This document shows, piece after piece, positions 9,691 to 19,333 of a stretch of DNA of 64,000 nt. The stretch covers positions 1,622-65,621 of the forward strand of contig JAIXRY010000015.1 of NCBI GenBank assembly GCA_027484965.1. The letters run 5' to 3'. This DNA comes from a bacterium. GTDB taxonomy: Bacteria > Patescibacteriota > Minisyncoccia > Phycocordibacterales > UBA9973. The notes under the pieces were generated by a model. It made no database searches. It was not told the origin of the DNA and was given only the letters and a program-made list of their open reading frames with translations. Made by a program: the position numbers and the translations under genes. Every line of letters begins with the position of its first letter. The first letter of the stretch is position 1.

Positions 9691-12426
9691 ATGGAACAAT
9701 TTGATATTCCCAATCTCCCTCAATTTAAATCACCAGAAGAAGAGATCGCTTTTCTTCGTGCTCACATAGAAAAGAAAGAGCAAGAATTAAAAGGTAGTAA
9801 TATTGAAAAAGAAGTAATTGCAAAAGAAACTTTAAATACATACAAAGAGATTTCAAAGAATGATGTTTTTCATAAAAAAATAAACATAGAAACTCATGAG
9901 GTAGAATCTCTTGTACTTCGTCTTGCTCCCGAAACCCATGATAATACCATGGAAGAGTTGCTCGGTATTCTCCTTACAAAAGGGATTAAGAATGCGCTCG
10001 ATGTTGTTCATGGATTAAAGAATCCTCACTTAGAAGATGACTTTCATCGCTTCCTTATACAATACCTTTTGAGTACTCACAAAATACCAGGACTTAAAGA
10101 AGGAAACTCTCTTTGGAAATCTCTTTCAAAAGTTCTTTTTGAAGTAACGCTTCCAGATAAAAATCCTAATGATCCAAGAAGTTTTAAGGATATTATTGCG
10201 ACAATGGAGCAGTTCTTTGCTGGGATGCAATATATAGGTGAAGACAAAGAAAATAAAAATAACGATGTGTATACACTCGAAATTGCTACAGCTCACGGTA
10301 ATTCTGATGTGGTGTTTTATGTAGGTGTACCAAGAGAGAAGAGTGAACTTTTTGAAAAGCAATTACTCTCTATCCATCCACTTGCTCGTATTAATGAAAT
10401 TCCAGATGACTACAATATTTTTTCTGAAGGAAATGAAACTTCTTTTGCTGTGGCAGCACTCGAAGAAAATGACGTCTTACCACTTAAGACATACGAGGCT
10501 TTTGATCGTGACCCAATAGAAATTTTTATTAATTCATTTAATAAAGTATCGAGTGTTGGTGAGGGTGCGTGTATTCAATTTGTTATTAGACCTTGTAGCC
10601 AATCAATACTTAAACATTTCTCAACTCTTTTAGAAAAAGCAAAAAAGGGTGAAGATGTAAAAAAAGAAGATACTCCTTTTGGTGATTTTGCAAAAGATTT
10701 TGGTCATGTACTTCTTGAAACTTTTTGGCTTAAAGAAGAAAAAGATAAGAAAGAAGAAGAAAAGAAACCTGAAGCCGATGGTGTTGTGGTTTCTGGTATC
10801 CAAAAGAAATTAGAAAGTACTATTACTAATGTGAATATTCGCATTATTACTTCTTCAAAAACAAAAACACGTTCAGATATGATGCTCTCTGATATAGAAG
10901 CGTCTTTCTCTCAATTTTCATTACCGGGCGGTAATGGACTAAAGTTTATTTATCAAAAAGAAAATAAACTTCATGATTTGCTTGCGGATTTTTCTTTTAG
11001 AAATTATAGCGAAGAAACAACTCTTGCTCTCAATCACAAAGAACTCGCAACTCTTATCCACTTCCCATACGGTATTACGCTTGCTCCTCAACTCAAAACA
11101 GCACGCGCAGGATCTGGTTCTGCACCATCAGACCTTCCACAAGAAGGAGTCTTGCTCGGATACAATATTTATCGTGGTGTTTCTACAGAAGTGCATATTC
11201 TTCCAGAAGACCGTATGCGTCACTTATATGTGATTGGTCAGACAGGTACAGGTAAGACGTCTATTTTGAAGAATCTTATTGCTCAAGATATTGCCCGAGG
11301 TGACGGTGTTTGTTATATCGACCCTCACGGAACAGATATCCAAGATATTCTTTCCTATATTCCAAAAGAACGTGTTGATGACGTGATATATTTTGACCCG
11401 AGTTATATGCCTCGCCCGATGGGTCTCAATATGCTCGAATTTGATGAAAGATTTCCAGAACAAAAGACTTTTGTAGTGAATGATTTGCTTGGAATATTCA
11501 ATCAGCTCTTTGATTTGAAATCGTCTGGTGGGCCAATGTTCGAACAATATTTCAGAAATGCAGCATTCTTGGTAATGGAAGATGTTGAGTCAGGATGCAC
11601 ACTTCTTGAGATTACTCGTGTACTTCAAGACAAAGCTTTTCGTGATTACAAACTTTCAAAATGTAAAAACCCTATAATCAAACAATTCTGGATTGCAGCC
11701 GAATCTTCAAAAGGTGAGCAAGGGCTCGAAAACTTTGTTACATATATCTCAAGTAAATTTGATCCATTTATCTCGAACGATATTATGCGTCCTGTTATAG
11801 GGCAAGAAAAGTCAGCATTCAATTTCCGTGAAATAATGGATAACAAAAAGATTCTATTGGTAAATCTTTCAAAGGGAAGACTTGGTGATATCAATGCGAA
11901 TCTTATCGGTCTTATCTTGGTAGGGAAGCTTCAACAAGCAGCACTTTCTCGTGTTGATATGTTTGGAAAACAGATAAATGACTTCTATCTTTATATAGAT
12001 GAATTCCAAAATGTTACGACGCCTGCAATTTCTTCAATTCTATCTGAAGCTCGTAAATACCGCTTGTCATTAAATGTCGCTCACCAATACATTGCACAGC
12101 TTCCAGAAGATACGAAGAATGCTATCTTTGGAAACGTAGGTTCTATGTGTGTATTCCGTATTTCACCTGATGACGCTGCATATCTTGAGCCAAAATTCGC
12201 CCCAACATTTACAGCAAATGATATAATGAAGCTTGAAAATAGAGTAGCCTATGCTTCAATAATTGTTAATAGAACTCCGACATCAAAACCATTCAATATT
12301 ATTACAGCTGACAATCCAAAAGGAAACAAAAATATAATTGATTCACTAAAAGAGCTTTCTTATATGAAGTTCGGCCGCCCTCGAGAAGAAGTAGATGAGA
12401 TAATAATTAGAAAATACAATAAATAA
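9691..12426 (+). CDS. VirB4/TraG/HerA-like ATPase
   Basis: Walker A GQTGTGKT, IDPHG, Walker B LYIDEFQ, SEARKYRL..AHQY. Confidence 0.85.
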   Translation: MEQFDIPNLPQFKSPEEEIAFLRAHIEKKEQELKGSNIEKEVIAKETLNTYKEISKNDVFHKKINIETHEVESLVLRLAPETHDNTMEELLGILLTKGIKNALDVVHGLKNPHLEDDFHRFLIQYLLSTHKIPGLKEGNSLWKSLSKVLFEVTLPDKNPNDPRSFKDIIATMEQFFAGMQYIGEDKENKNNDVYTLEIATAHGNSDVVFYVGVPREKSELFEKQLLSIHPLARINEIPDDYNIFSEGNETSFAVAALEENDVLPLKTYEAFDRDPIEIFINSFNKVSSVGEGACIQFVIRPCSQSILKHFSTLLEKAKKGEDVKKEDTPFGDFAKDFGHVLLETFWLKEEKDKKEEEKKPEADGVVVSGIQKKLESTITNVNIRIITSSKTKTRSDMMLSDIEASFSQFSLPGGNGLKFIYQKENKLHDLLADFSFRNYSEETTLALNHKELATLIHFPYGITLAPQLKTARAGSGSAPSDLPQEGVLLGYNIYRGVSTEVHILPEDRMRHLYVIGQTGTGKTSILKNLIAQDIARGDGVCYIDPHGTDIQDILSYIPKERVDDVIYFDPSYMPRPMGLNMLEFDERFPEQKTFVVNDLLGIFNQLFDLKSSGGPMFEQYFRNAAFLVMEDVESGCTLLEITRVLQDKAFRDYKLSKCKNPIIKQFWIAAESSKGEQGLENFVTYISSKFDPFISNDIMRPVIGQEKSAFNFREIMDNKKILLVNLSKGRLGDINANLIGLILVGKLQQAALSRVDMFGKQINDFYLYIDEFQNVTTPAISSILSEARKYRLSLNVAHQYIAQLPEDTKNAIFGNVGSMCVFRISPDDAAYLEPKFAPTFTANDIMKLENRVAYASIIVNRTPTSKPFNIITADNPKGNKNIIDSLKELSYMKFGRPREEVDEIIIRKYNK

Positions 12427-12492
12427 AAGTCGCATTTCTAAGGTTTTTCTGGTAAGATAGATATTATTTATTAAAATTTATTGATATATTTT

Positions 12493-12996
12493 ATGGAAAA
12501 AACACTTGTTATTATGAAGCCAGACGCTGTTCAAAGAGGAATTGTGGGAGAAATCATTTCTCGTTTTGAAAAAGTTGGATTAAAGATTGTTGGTACAAAA
12601 ATGCTTCAACCAAGCTATGATCAATATTTCCATCACTACGAAAATATAGGTAAACTAATCTCACGCAGAGGTCAGAAAACATTTGATGTTACTTTGACAA
12701 TGATGAAGCAAGGTCCTGTAATCGCTTTTGTTTTAGAAGGGGTAGAAGCTGCAGGCCTTGTTCGTAAAATGGTTGGTGCTACAGAACCAAAATCAGCCCT
12801 CCCTGGAACTATTCGCGGAGATTATTCTCATATGAGTTATGGACATGCAGACGCTAATGAACTAGGTATCCCAAATATTGTTCATGCTTCAGGTGATGCT
12901 CAAGAGGCAGAATTAGAAATAGCACACTGGTTTTCTGAAAATGAATTGTTTTCTTATGATGCGGTTCATACAAAATTTACTCAACCAACAAAATAA
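12493..12996 (+). CDS. ndk: Nucleoside diphosphate kinase
   Basis: KPDAVQRG, PGTIRGD, NIVHASG catalytic His. Confidence 0.96.
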   Translation: MEKTLVIMKPDAVQRGIVGEIISRFEKVGLKIVGTKMLQPSYDQYFHHYENIGKLISRRGQKTFDVTLTMMKQGPVIAFVLEGVEAAGLVRKMVGATEPKSALPGTIRGDYSHMSYGHADANELGIPNIVHASGDAQEAELEIAHWFSENELFSYDAVHTKFTQPTK

Positions 12997-13022
12997 TTAA
13001 TTTATTTACGCTGACTTGAAAT

Positions 13023-13061
13023 AATTAAAAAGCGGAACCCGAAGGGTTCCGCTTTTTAATT
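13023..13061 (+). terminator. Intrinsic terminator after ndk
   Basis: aattaaaaagcggaaccc-gaa-gggttccgctttttaatt. Confidence 0.85.
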
Positions 13062-13200
13062 CATATAAAGTAAGGTCTTGTATACAATCTTGTTGCTTGT
13101 TTGTAAAAAGTATGTGATGAATAAAAATTTTGTTGATGCACTAAAAAATATTTTTTTGTCTAGATTGTTTTGATTATTTATTTTGATATATACTATCATT

Positions 13201-13333
13201 ACGGTTATATAGAGCTGTATTATCTAGAACAATTTTTTTTAGGGAGCATGGAGTCTTGTGTTATTGTTTTACAAAAGACACAAGCAGTGCACCCACCTAG
13301 CACGGGCTAGGTTAATACGTTCTCTATAGCCGT
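13201..13333 (+). ncRNA. ssrS: 6S RNA (compact, ~133 nt)
   Basis: Closing stem acggt..tatagag/ctctata.gccgt; blocks GAACA-U-rich-GGGAGC and GCACCCACCU..CGGG resemble Firmicute 6S RNA; terminator at 13337-13364. Confidence 0.8.
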
Positions 13334-13383
13334 AAAAAAACACTTCCTTAATAGGAGGTGTTTTCTTATGGTAGAATATATGT

Positions 13384-13794
13384 ATGGATTTAGAATCAAA
13401 ACAAAAATTAAAAAAGCTCTCAAATTTTCTGTTAAAAATAACAACAATTGTTTTTGTTTTACATTTTTTAGCAACAAAGCTTTACTGGTATAGTGATTTT
13501 TGGTGGTTTGATATGCTTATGCATTTTTTGGGAGGTGTTTTTATTGGTATTCTTACGTTGTATATTATTTTTCGTACACATAAAAATATACAGATGTCTG
13601 TATATATAATTACAAAATTAACAATTATTTCTGTTTTTGTTATTGGGTTTTCTTGGGAAATATACGAATATGTTGTTCAAGGTTTCACTGGTGCAATACT
13701 TGCAAACCCTCTAGATTCAATTTCTGATTTATTTTTTGATATGGCTGGCGGTCTTTATGCAGTTTATAATATTGATATTTTAAAAAATAAATAA
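13384..13794 (+). CDS. Small integral membrane protein (VanZ/DUF2238-like)
   Basis: WWFDMLMHFLGG, WEIYE, DSISDLFFD; about 4 TM helices. Confidence 0.7.
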   Translation: MDLESKQKLKKLSNFLLKITTIVFVLHFLATKLYWYSDFWWFDMLMHFLGGVFIGILTLYIIFRTHKNIQMSVYIITKLTIISVFVIGFSWEIYEYVVQGFTGAILANPLDSISDLFFDMAGGLYAVYNIDILKNK

Positions 13795-13837
13795 TTATTA
13801 CACATTATTTTTTTATACATCGTGTTACAATAAAATT

Positions 13838-15202
13838 ATGGAACAAAAAGAATTAAAAATAACTTTCTGCTCTGGAGCAGGAAGTGTTACAGGTGCAAAC
13901 TTTTTATTGGAAGGAGAAGGTAAGAAATTTCTAGTGGACTGCGGTCTTGAGCAGGGAACAAGTGTTGCCGATCAAACAAACTGGTCTTCATTTTTATACA
14001 ATCCGAGTGAAATAGATATTCTTTTTATTACTCACGCTCATATCGATCATATCGGCCGCATCCCAAAACTAATCCAAGAAGGTTTTAAAGGAAGAATTAT
14101 TTCTACAGATGCGACTCATGAACTCGCACGTCCAATGCTCGAGGATACTATTCGTATCTTGGCTCATGAAGAAGACTTGGCAATTCACGAGATGTATACA
14201 GAAAAGAATCTTGAAAGAGCTCTCGAACTTTGGGAAGGAATTCCTTATCATCAAAATATTAATATTGATCATGGTTTCAAAATGCAATTTCTTGATTCAG
14301 GACATATTTTAGGTTCTGCAATGCTTGAGATTATTTACAATGGAAAAAAGATTGTATTCACTGGTGACCTAGGTAATTCACCTTCACCACTTTTGCGTGA
14401 TACAGAAAAATTGTCTGGTGTAGACTATTTAATCATGGAATCTGTTTATGGTGATAGAAATCACGTAGATCGTGATGTTAGAAGAAAGAGATTAGAGGCT
14501 GTTATTGAGGATAATTATGGAAGACAAGGAGTTTTGGTTATTCCGACATTTTCACTTGAGAGAAGTCAGGAGCTTCTTTATGAATTAAATGATTTTGTAG
14601 AGAATAAACGTATTCCTCAAATGCCTATTTTCTTTGATTCACCACTTGCTATTAGGCTTACTTCTGTTTACAAAAAATTCAGTCATTATTTTAATGAAGA
14701 AGCACAACAAACAGTAAATAGTGGAGATGATATATTTGCATTCCCAGGAATGAAATCAACACCAGAAACAGAAGATTCAAAAGCTATCCTCCATAGTTCA
14801 AACCCTAAGATTATTATCGCAGGTTCTGGAATGTCTAATGGTGGAAGAGTTCTTCATCATGAGAAGAATTATTTACCAGACCCAAACAATACTATTCTCC
14901 TTACTGGCTATCAAGCCTACGGGACTCTAGGACGCCATATTATGGAAGGTGCGGACGAAGTGAAGATAAATGGCGAGATAGTGCCTATAAGAGCCAAAAT
15001 AGAACAAATAGACGGGTACTCAGGTCACAAGGACTCAGATCATTTGATAGAATTTGTAGAACAAACAGCTGACTCTCTCAAACAAGTTTATGTTGTAATG
15101 GGCGAACCAAAATCTTCTCTATTTTTAGTCCAACGTCTTCGTGATTATCTTGGAGTCGATGCACAAGCACCAAGTCAGGGCGACAGTATTATTATTTCGT
15201 GA
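13838..15202 (+). CDS. MBL-fold beta-CASP metallo-hydrolase (putative RNase)
   Basis: THAHIDHIG, GHILGS, FTGDLG, ESVYG, YSGHKD. Confidence 0.93.
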   Translation: MEQKELKITFCSGAGSVTGANFLLEGEGKKFLVDCGLEQGTSVADQTNWSSFLYNPSEIDILFITHAHIDHIGRIPKLIQEGFKGRIISTDATHELARPMLEDTIRILAHEEDLAIHEMYTEKNLERALELWEGIPYHQNINIDHGFKMQFLDSGHILGSAMLEIIYNGKKIVFTGDLGNSPSPLLRDTEKLSGVDYLIMESVYGDRNHVDRDVRRKRLEAVIEDNYGRQGVLVIPTFSLERSQELLYELNDFVENKRIPQMPIFFDSPLAIRLTSVYKKFSHYFNEEAQQTVNSGDDIFAFPGMKSTPETEDSKAILHSSNPKIIIAGSGMSNGGRVLHHEKNYLPDPNNTILLTGYQAYGTLGRHIMEGADEVKINGEIVPIRAKIEQIDGYSGHKDSDHLIEFVEQTADSLKQVYVVMGEPKSSLFLVQRLRDYLGVDAQAPSQGDSIIIS

Positions 15203-15215
15203 TAAACTTTCTCTT

Positions 15216-15863
15216 ATGGAAGATACAAAAAAAGAAAAAGGAGAACATTTAATTTGTTATAACGGGCCGATAGGTAATGGTGACAAACATAACCATCTTA
15301 AAATTAAGATTGGAGTTTCTGGTGCTGCTGAAACAGGGCAATGTGGGCTTCATGTACTTGATCAAGCAAAAGAAGTTGGTAGAGAAATTATAAAGCAAGG
15401 AGGTATTGTGGTTACTGGAGCTACGAGTGGATTCCCACTCTGGGCTTCAATAGGCGCTAAAGACGAAAGAGGGCTAGTTATTGGACTTTCACCCGCATCG
15501 AATGAACACGAACATATTACAGCGTACAGACTACCTCTTGATTATACTGATTTGATTATATATACAGGTTTTGGTTTTCCAGGTAGAGATTTGCTCTTCA
15601 CACGAAGTTGTGACGCTCTCATCGTAGGGTGTGGCCGTGTAGGTACTATTCATGAGTTCACTATTGCTTTCGAAGATAATAAACCAATCGGTATTTTAGA
15701 AGGAGAGTGGGCAACAGATGAAATTCTTAGAGAGATTATGGAAAAGGGAAATAGAACAAGTGATAAAGTTATATTTGATTCTGATCCAAAAAAGCTAGTA
15801 GAAAGAGTTATGGCTTTGGTTATAAAAGATAAAGATAAAGAATTCACTCCTATAGCACAGTAA
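15216..15863 (+). CDS. LOG/TIGR00725-family protein
   Basis: IGVSG, VVTGATSG, GTIHEFTIA. Confidence 0.8.
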   Translation: MEDTKKEKGEHLICYNGPIGNGDKHNHLKIKIGVSGAAETGQCGLHVLDQAKEVGREIIKQGGIVVTGATSGFPLWASIGAKDERGLVIGLSPASNEHEHITAYRLPLDYTDLIIYTGFGFPGRDLLFTRSCDALIVGCGRVGTIHEFTIAFEDNKPIGILEGEWATDEILREIMEKGNRTSDKVIFDSDPKKLVERVMALVIKDKDKEFTPIAQ

Positions 15864-15912
15864 TAAACACAAAAAATTCCGCTTATGAGCGGAATTTTTT
15901 GTGTTTATTACT
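15859..15912. terminator. Bidirectional terminator with 25-bp perfect arms
   Basis: agtaataaacacaaaaaattccgct-tatg-agcggaattttttgtgtttattact between convergent genes. Confidence 0.85.
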
Positions 15913-16252
15913 TTACCTTTTCTACGATTCTTGCGAATGTTTCTGGGTTTTCTTGAGCAATTTGTGAGAGTATTTTCCTGTCTATTTCAATTTCTGCTTT
16001 CTTTAGAGCTCCAATGAATTTACTGTAAGACATACCGATTGCGTGTAGCATTGCGTTGATTTGTACTGTCCACATGCGACGACGGTCATTCTTTTTGTCG
16101 CGACGGTGAGCAAAAGCAATGTTTCCAGCGTGAGCTATAGCTTCGCGTGCTTGTCTTTCTTTTGTACTGCGTCCATAACGAAATCCTTTTACTTGTGAGA
16201 GGATATTTCTTCGACGTTTGAGTGAGGTTGTTCCTCTTTTGATACGTGTCAT
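15908..16252 (-). CDS. rplT: 50S ribosomal protein L20
   Basis: MTRIKRG, YSKFIGAL, IDRKILS. Confidence 0.98.
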   Translation of the reverse strand: MTRIKRGTTSLKRRRNILSQVKGFRYGRSTKERQAREAIAHAGNIAFAHRRDKKNDRRRMWTVQINAMLHAIGMSYSKFIGALKKAEIEIDRKILSQIAQENPETFARIVEKVK

Positions 16253-16288
16253 ATAATTAAAAAATAGTGATTAAATAAAAGGGTTAAA

Positions 16289-16480
16289 CTATGCACTTGG
16301 AAGAAAACGTGACTTGTCTTTTGGTGAAATAGTGAAGTCTTGCATCTTCTTTCCTGTAAGTTGTTTGGTGCGTGATTGTTTCGCGTTAAAGTGATTGAAA
16401 CCAGGAGTACGTGCAAGAACCTTACCTGTACGGGTTAATTTCAAACGTTTTGCGAGTGATTTGTTTGTTTTATTACTCAT
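16289..16480 (-). CDS. rpmI: 50S ribosomal protein L35
   Basis: KTNKSLAKRLKLTRTGKV..NH; between infC and rplT. Confidence 0.93.
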   Translation of the reverse strand: MSNKTNKSLAKRLKLTRTGKVLARTPGFNHFNAKQSRTKQLTGKKMQDFTISPKDKSRFLPSA

Positions 16481-16646
16481 ATGTTTTTTGATACGGACAT
16501 AAAGTAGACCGCACCAGATAGGGGAGATTATATCATAAGGAAATAAAAAATGCTAGCCCAGTAACAATTTATTACAGTAAAAAGTATTTATAGATAAAGG
16601 AATTCAAAAATAAACAAAAAAGTCCTTTTTATAAGGACTTTTTTGT

Positions 16647-17165
16647 TTATTGAGGTTTTTTTGTATCTTTTTCTATCGTAAGCATCATTCCTTTTGGAAT
16701 CTTTTTGAGGGGTTCGGCAACTTTGAAGTTCTCTGTAATAAGGTTTAGAACACGATTTAGACGTTCTTTGAGGAAGTCTTCCTGCATGTATTTTGAACGT
16801 CCTTGAAGATATAGTTCTACTTTGATACGATGACCTTCTTTAAGCCATTTTGAGGCTGCTTTTGCTTTCATTTCAAGATCGTTTTCACTTGTTCCTGGTT
16901 TCACTTGAATAGATTTTGTTTCTGTTGGTTTTGCTCCTGCCTTTGCTTTCTTTTGCTTTTTGTTTTCTGCATATTGCCACTTTCCGTAATCCATCAACTT
17001 TGCAATAGGGGGTTTTGCGTTAGGCGATATTTCTATAAGGTCAACATTGCGTTCAACAGCCATTTTCATTGCTTCTTCCAAAGGGAAAACACCGAGGTTT
17101 TGTCCCTCTTCGTCAATGAGTCTCAATTCTTGAGCTCTTATTCTACTGTTTATACGAATATTCAC
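16647..17165 (-). CDS. infC: Translation initiation factor IF-3
   Basis: RINSRIRAQELRLID, PPIAKLMDYGKW; GTG start. Confidence 0.96.
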   Translation of the reverse strand: MNIRINSRIRAQELRLIDEEGQNLGVFPLEEAMKMAVERNVDLIEISPNAKPPIAKLMDYGKWQYAENKKQKKAKAGAKPTETKSIQVKPGTSENDLEMKAKAASKWLKEGHRIKVELYLQGRSKYMQEDFLKERLNRVLNLITENFKVAEPLKKIPKGMMLTIEKDTKKPQ

Positions 17166-17298
17166 GAGTTACAGAAGATTATCTGATATTTATATAATAC
17201 TAGAGAATTGATTTAAAAACAAGATATCCTCGCTCAATGAAATAATACAGAATACGTAATTATAAATTTCATATCATTTTTGATATACTCGCAATATA

Positions 17299-18054
17299 AT
17301 GGAATTAAAAAAGGGAATTCATCTTATATATAAAAACGAAGGGGAAACACCTCTTTTTGCTATGGAAGAATACCGAAAAGAAAAAGGAATCCCAAAAGAA
17401 ATTTCTCTTACATATGCCGGACGTCTTGATCCAATGGCAAAAGGTTTACTTCTGGTGCTTTCTGAAGACGAGGTTTTTAATAAAGAAAAATATACAAATT
17501 TGAAAAAGATTTATAAATTTCAAATACTTTTCGGTGTTTCTACAGACACGGGAGATGTGTTGGGGATAGTTACTAGCAACAAGAAACAAGAAACTAAAAT
17601 ACAAAATACAGAAATACAAAAAATACTTAAATCTTTTGTCGGGAAACAAGAACAAAATTACCCAATGTACTCATCAAAAACTGTGAATGGAATACCGCTG
17701 TGGCAGTATGCTCGTGGTGATTTAAAGCTTGAAGAAATTCCAAAACATGAAATAGAAATATTTGATCTAAAATTAGAAGGATTGGAAATAAAAAAAGGAA
17801 AAGAAATTTTGAATGAAGTCGAAAATCGCACACAAAAATTGAGTGGAGATTTTCGACAAGAAGAAATTATAAATTCTTGGAAAGAAAGTCTAGAAAATTT
17901 AAAAGAAGAAGAATTTTTTATTGCCACATGTATTGCTGAAGTTTCTTCTGGAACATATATTCGCGTACTCTCAGAAAGTATTGGTGAGAAATTAAATACA
18001 CCATCACTTGCGTATAATATCGAAAGAATTCAGATAGGTGAGTATAAATTGTGA
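17299..18054 (+). CDS. truB: tRNA pseudouridine-55 synthase TruB-like
   Basis: YAGRLDPMAKGLL, STDTGD, VSSGTYIR. Confidence 0.92.
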   Translation: MELKKGIHLIYKNEGETPLFAMEEYRKEKGIPKEISLTYAGRLDPMAKGLLLVLSEDEVFNKEKYTNLKKIYKFQILFGVSTDTGDVLGIVTSNKKQETKIQNTEIQKILKSFVGKQEQNYPMYSSKTVNGIPLWQYARGDLKLEEIPKHEIEIFDLKLEGLEIKKGKEILNEVENRTQKLSGDFRQEEIINSWKESLENLKEEEFFIATCIAEVSSGTYIRVLSESIGEKLNTPSLAYNIERIQIGEYKL

Positions 18055-18066
18055 TAGAATATACAT

Positions 18067-18513
18067 ATGATTTTTGCGGAGAATAGAAAAGCAAAATTTA
18101 ATTATCAAATCATTGATAGATTTGAAGCGGGAATACAACTTTCAGGGCAAGAAGTGAAGGCTATTCGTGTAGGTAAGGTGAATCTCGATAGTACTTTTGC
18201 TATTATTCGTGGCGGAGAAATGTTTTTGATTGGAACTCAAATTCAACCCTTTCAAGAGAAGAATGTGGGGGGTGGTTATGACAAAGAAAGAACCAGAAAA
18301 CTCTTATTAAGAAAGGCTGAAATAACAAAATTAGAAAAGATTCTTCACGAACAAAAATTGACCTTAATTGGTACTATGTTGTATAATAAGGGACGCAATA
18401 TCAAGATTGAAATAGCTCTCGGAAAAGGTAAAAAAGAGTTCGATAAACGAGAAACTATTAAGAAAAGAGATATTGATAAAGAGATAAATCGTTTAATGAA
18501 AAACAAGCGATAG
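18067..18513 (+). CDS. smpB: SsrA-binding protein
   Basis: NRKAKFNY, EAGIQLSGQEVK, RKLLL, GKKEFDKRE. Confidence 0.98.
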   Translation: MIFAENRKAKFNYQIIDRFEAGIQLSGQEVKAIRVGKVNLDSTFAIIRGGEMFLIGTQIQPFQEKNVGGGYDKERTRKLLLRKAEITKLEKILHEQKLTLIGTMLYNKGRNIKIEIALGKGKKEFDKRETIKKRDIDKEINRLMKNKR

Positions 18514-18605
18514 AACTTTGAAAAATAGTAAGTAAATTTTTGCCCTTCGGCGATTTTCAATAAGATTGAAAATTTTCTCAGGACGAATTTTACTTCGTAA
18601 AATTC

Positions 18606-18983
18606 GGGAGTGCTAGGCTTCGACAGGTGACATTCTTCTATATGGTGCATGTCGAGTTCGTGTCTATATCGTAAAAAGAGACACAAAACACGAAATGCAA
18701 AAAACACTTTTGCGGTAAAATCTCCTTTCTTCGGATTTGCAGATTTTGCTTTTGCTCGCGCTTAAGCGAACAATGGTTGTTATTTTGACATCTGATAAAA
18801 TTAACAACTATCATACACATCAGGTTGCAAAGAATTCTTGTCTCGAGGATTCTTTAAAGACATAGAGACACCTCTATTACTTTTTTGTTTTGCTTTAATG
18901 TAATAGATCAAATAAGCATAACTACACATGTAGATCTGTATAGAAAATTCATTTGGACGGGGGTTCGATTCCCCCCACTTCCA
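18606..18983 (+). ncRNA. ssrA: tmRNA; tag ORF 18697-18765 (A)AKNTFAVKSPFFGFADFAFARA*
   Basis: 5' GGGAGUG pairs with 3' CACUUCC-A including G3.U; ggcttcgac; T arm gggggttcgattccccc; follows smpB. Confidence 0.95.
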
Positions 18984-19032
18984 CAAATTAAAAAACCAAC
19001 AATTCTGTTGGTTTTTTAATTTGTGGAAGTGG
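18975..19032. terminator. 27-bp perfect inverted repeat including the tmRNA 3' end
   Basis: ccacttccacaaattaaaaaaccaaca-attc-tgttggttttttaatttgtggaagtgg. Confidence 0.85.
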
Positions 19033-19131
19033 AGTAAAGCACCTGCGTGCTTTACGTGGAGAATCGAAAGGAGTTTCATTATTGAACGTAGTGAAATTGA
19101 AACTCACCTGCCGACGTAGTCGGCGATTCCC
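19024..19131 (-). repeat. tRNA-3'-mimic structured element, tmRNA copy
   Basis: Minus strand: gggaatcg-ccgactacgtcgg-caggt-gagtttca..tgaaactc-ctttcgattctcc-ACGTaaagcacGCAGgtgctttACT-ccacttcca. Confidence 0.85.
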
Positions 19132-19333
19132 TTGAATTTTATAATAAAATATCTAGTGATTCGTGAGTCAATTCCTCTAAAAAATACTTACTTGTGACCA
19201 ACTCAATTTATGACGAGGAGTAATACAAAAAACAAAAACATCTATTTTAAAATAGATGTTTTTGTTTTTACGGTTAAATGAAATTTATTTACGAGTTTTT
19301 AAATATGAACATTTTTTGATATAATGTCTATAT

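Noticed and set aside
18345-19079. Short ORFs overlapping tmRNA
   Set aside because: They are shadow ORFs over an RNA gene and its palindromes.
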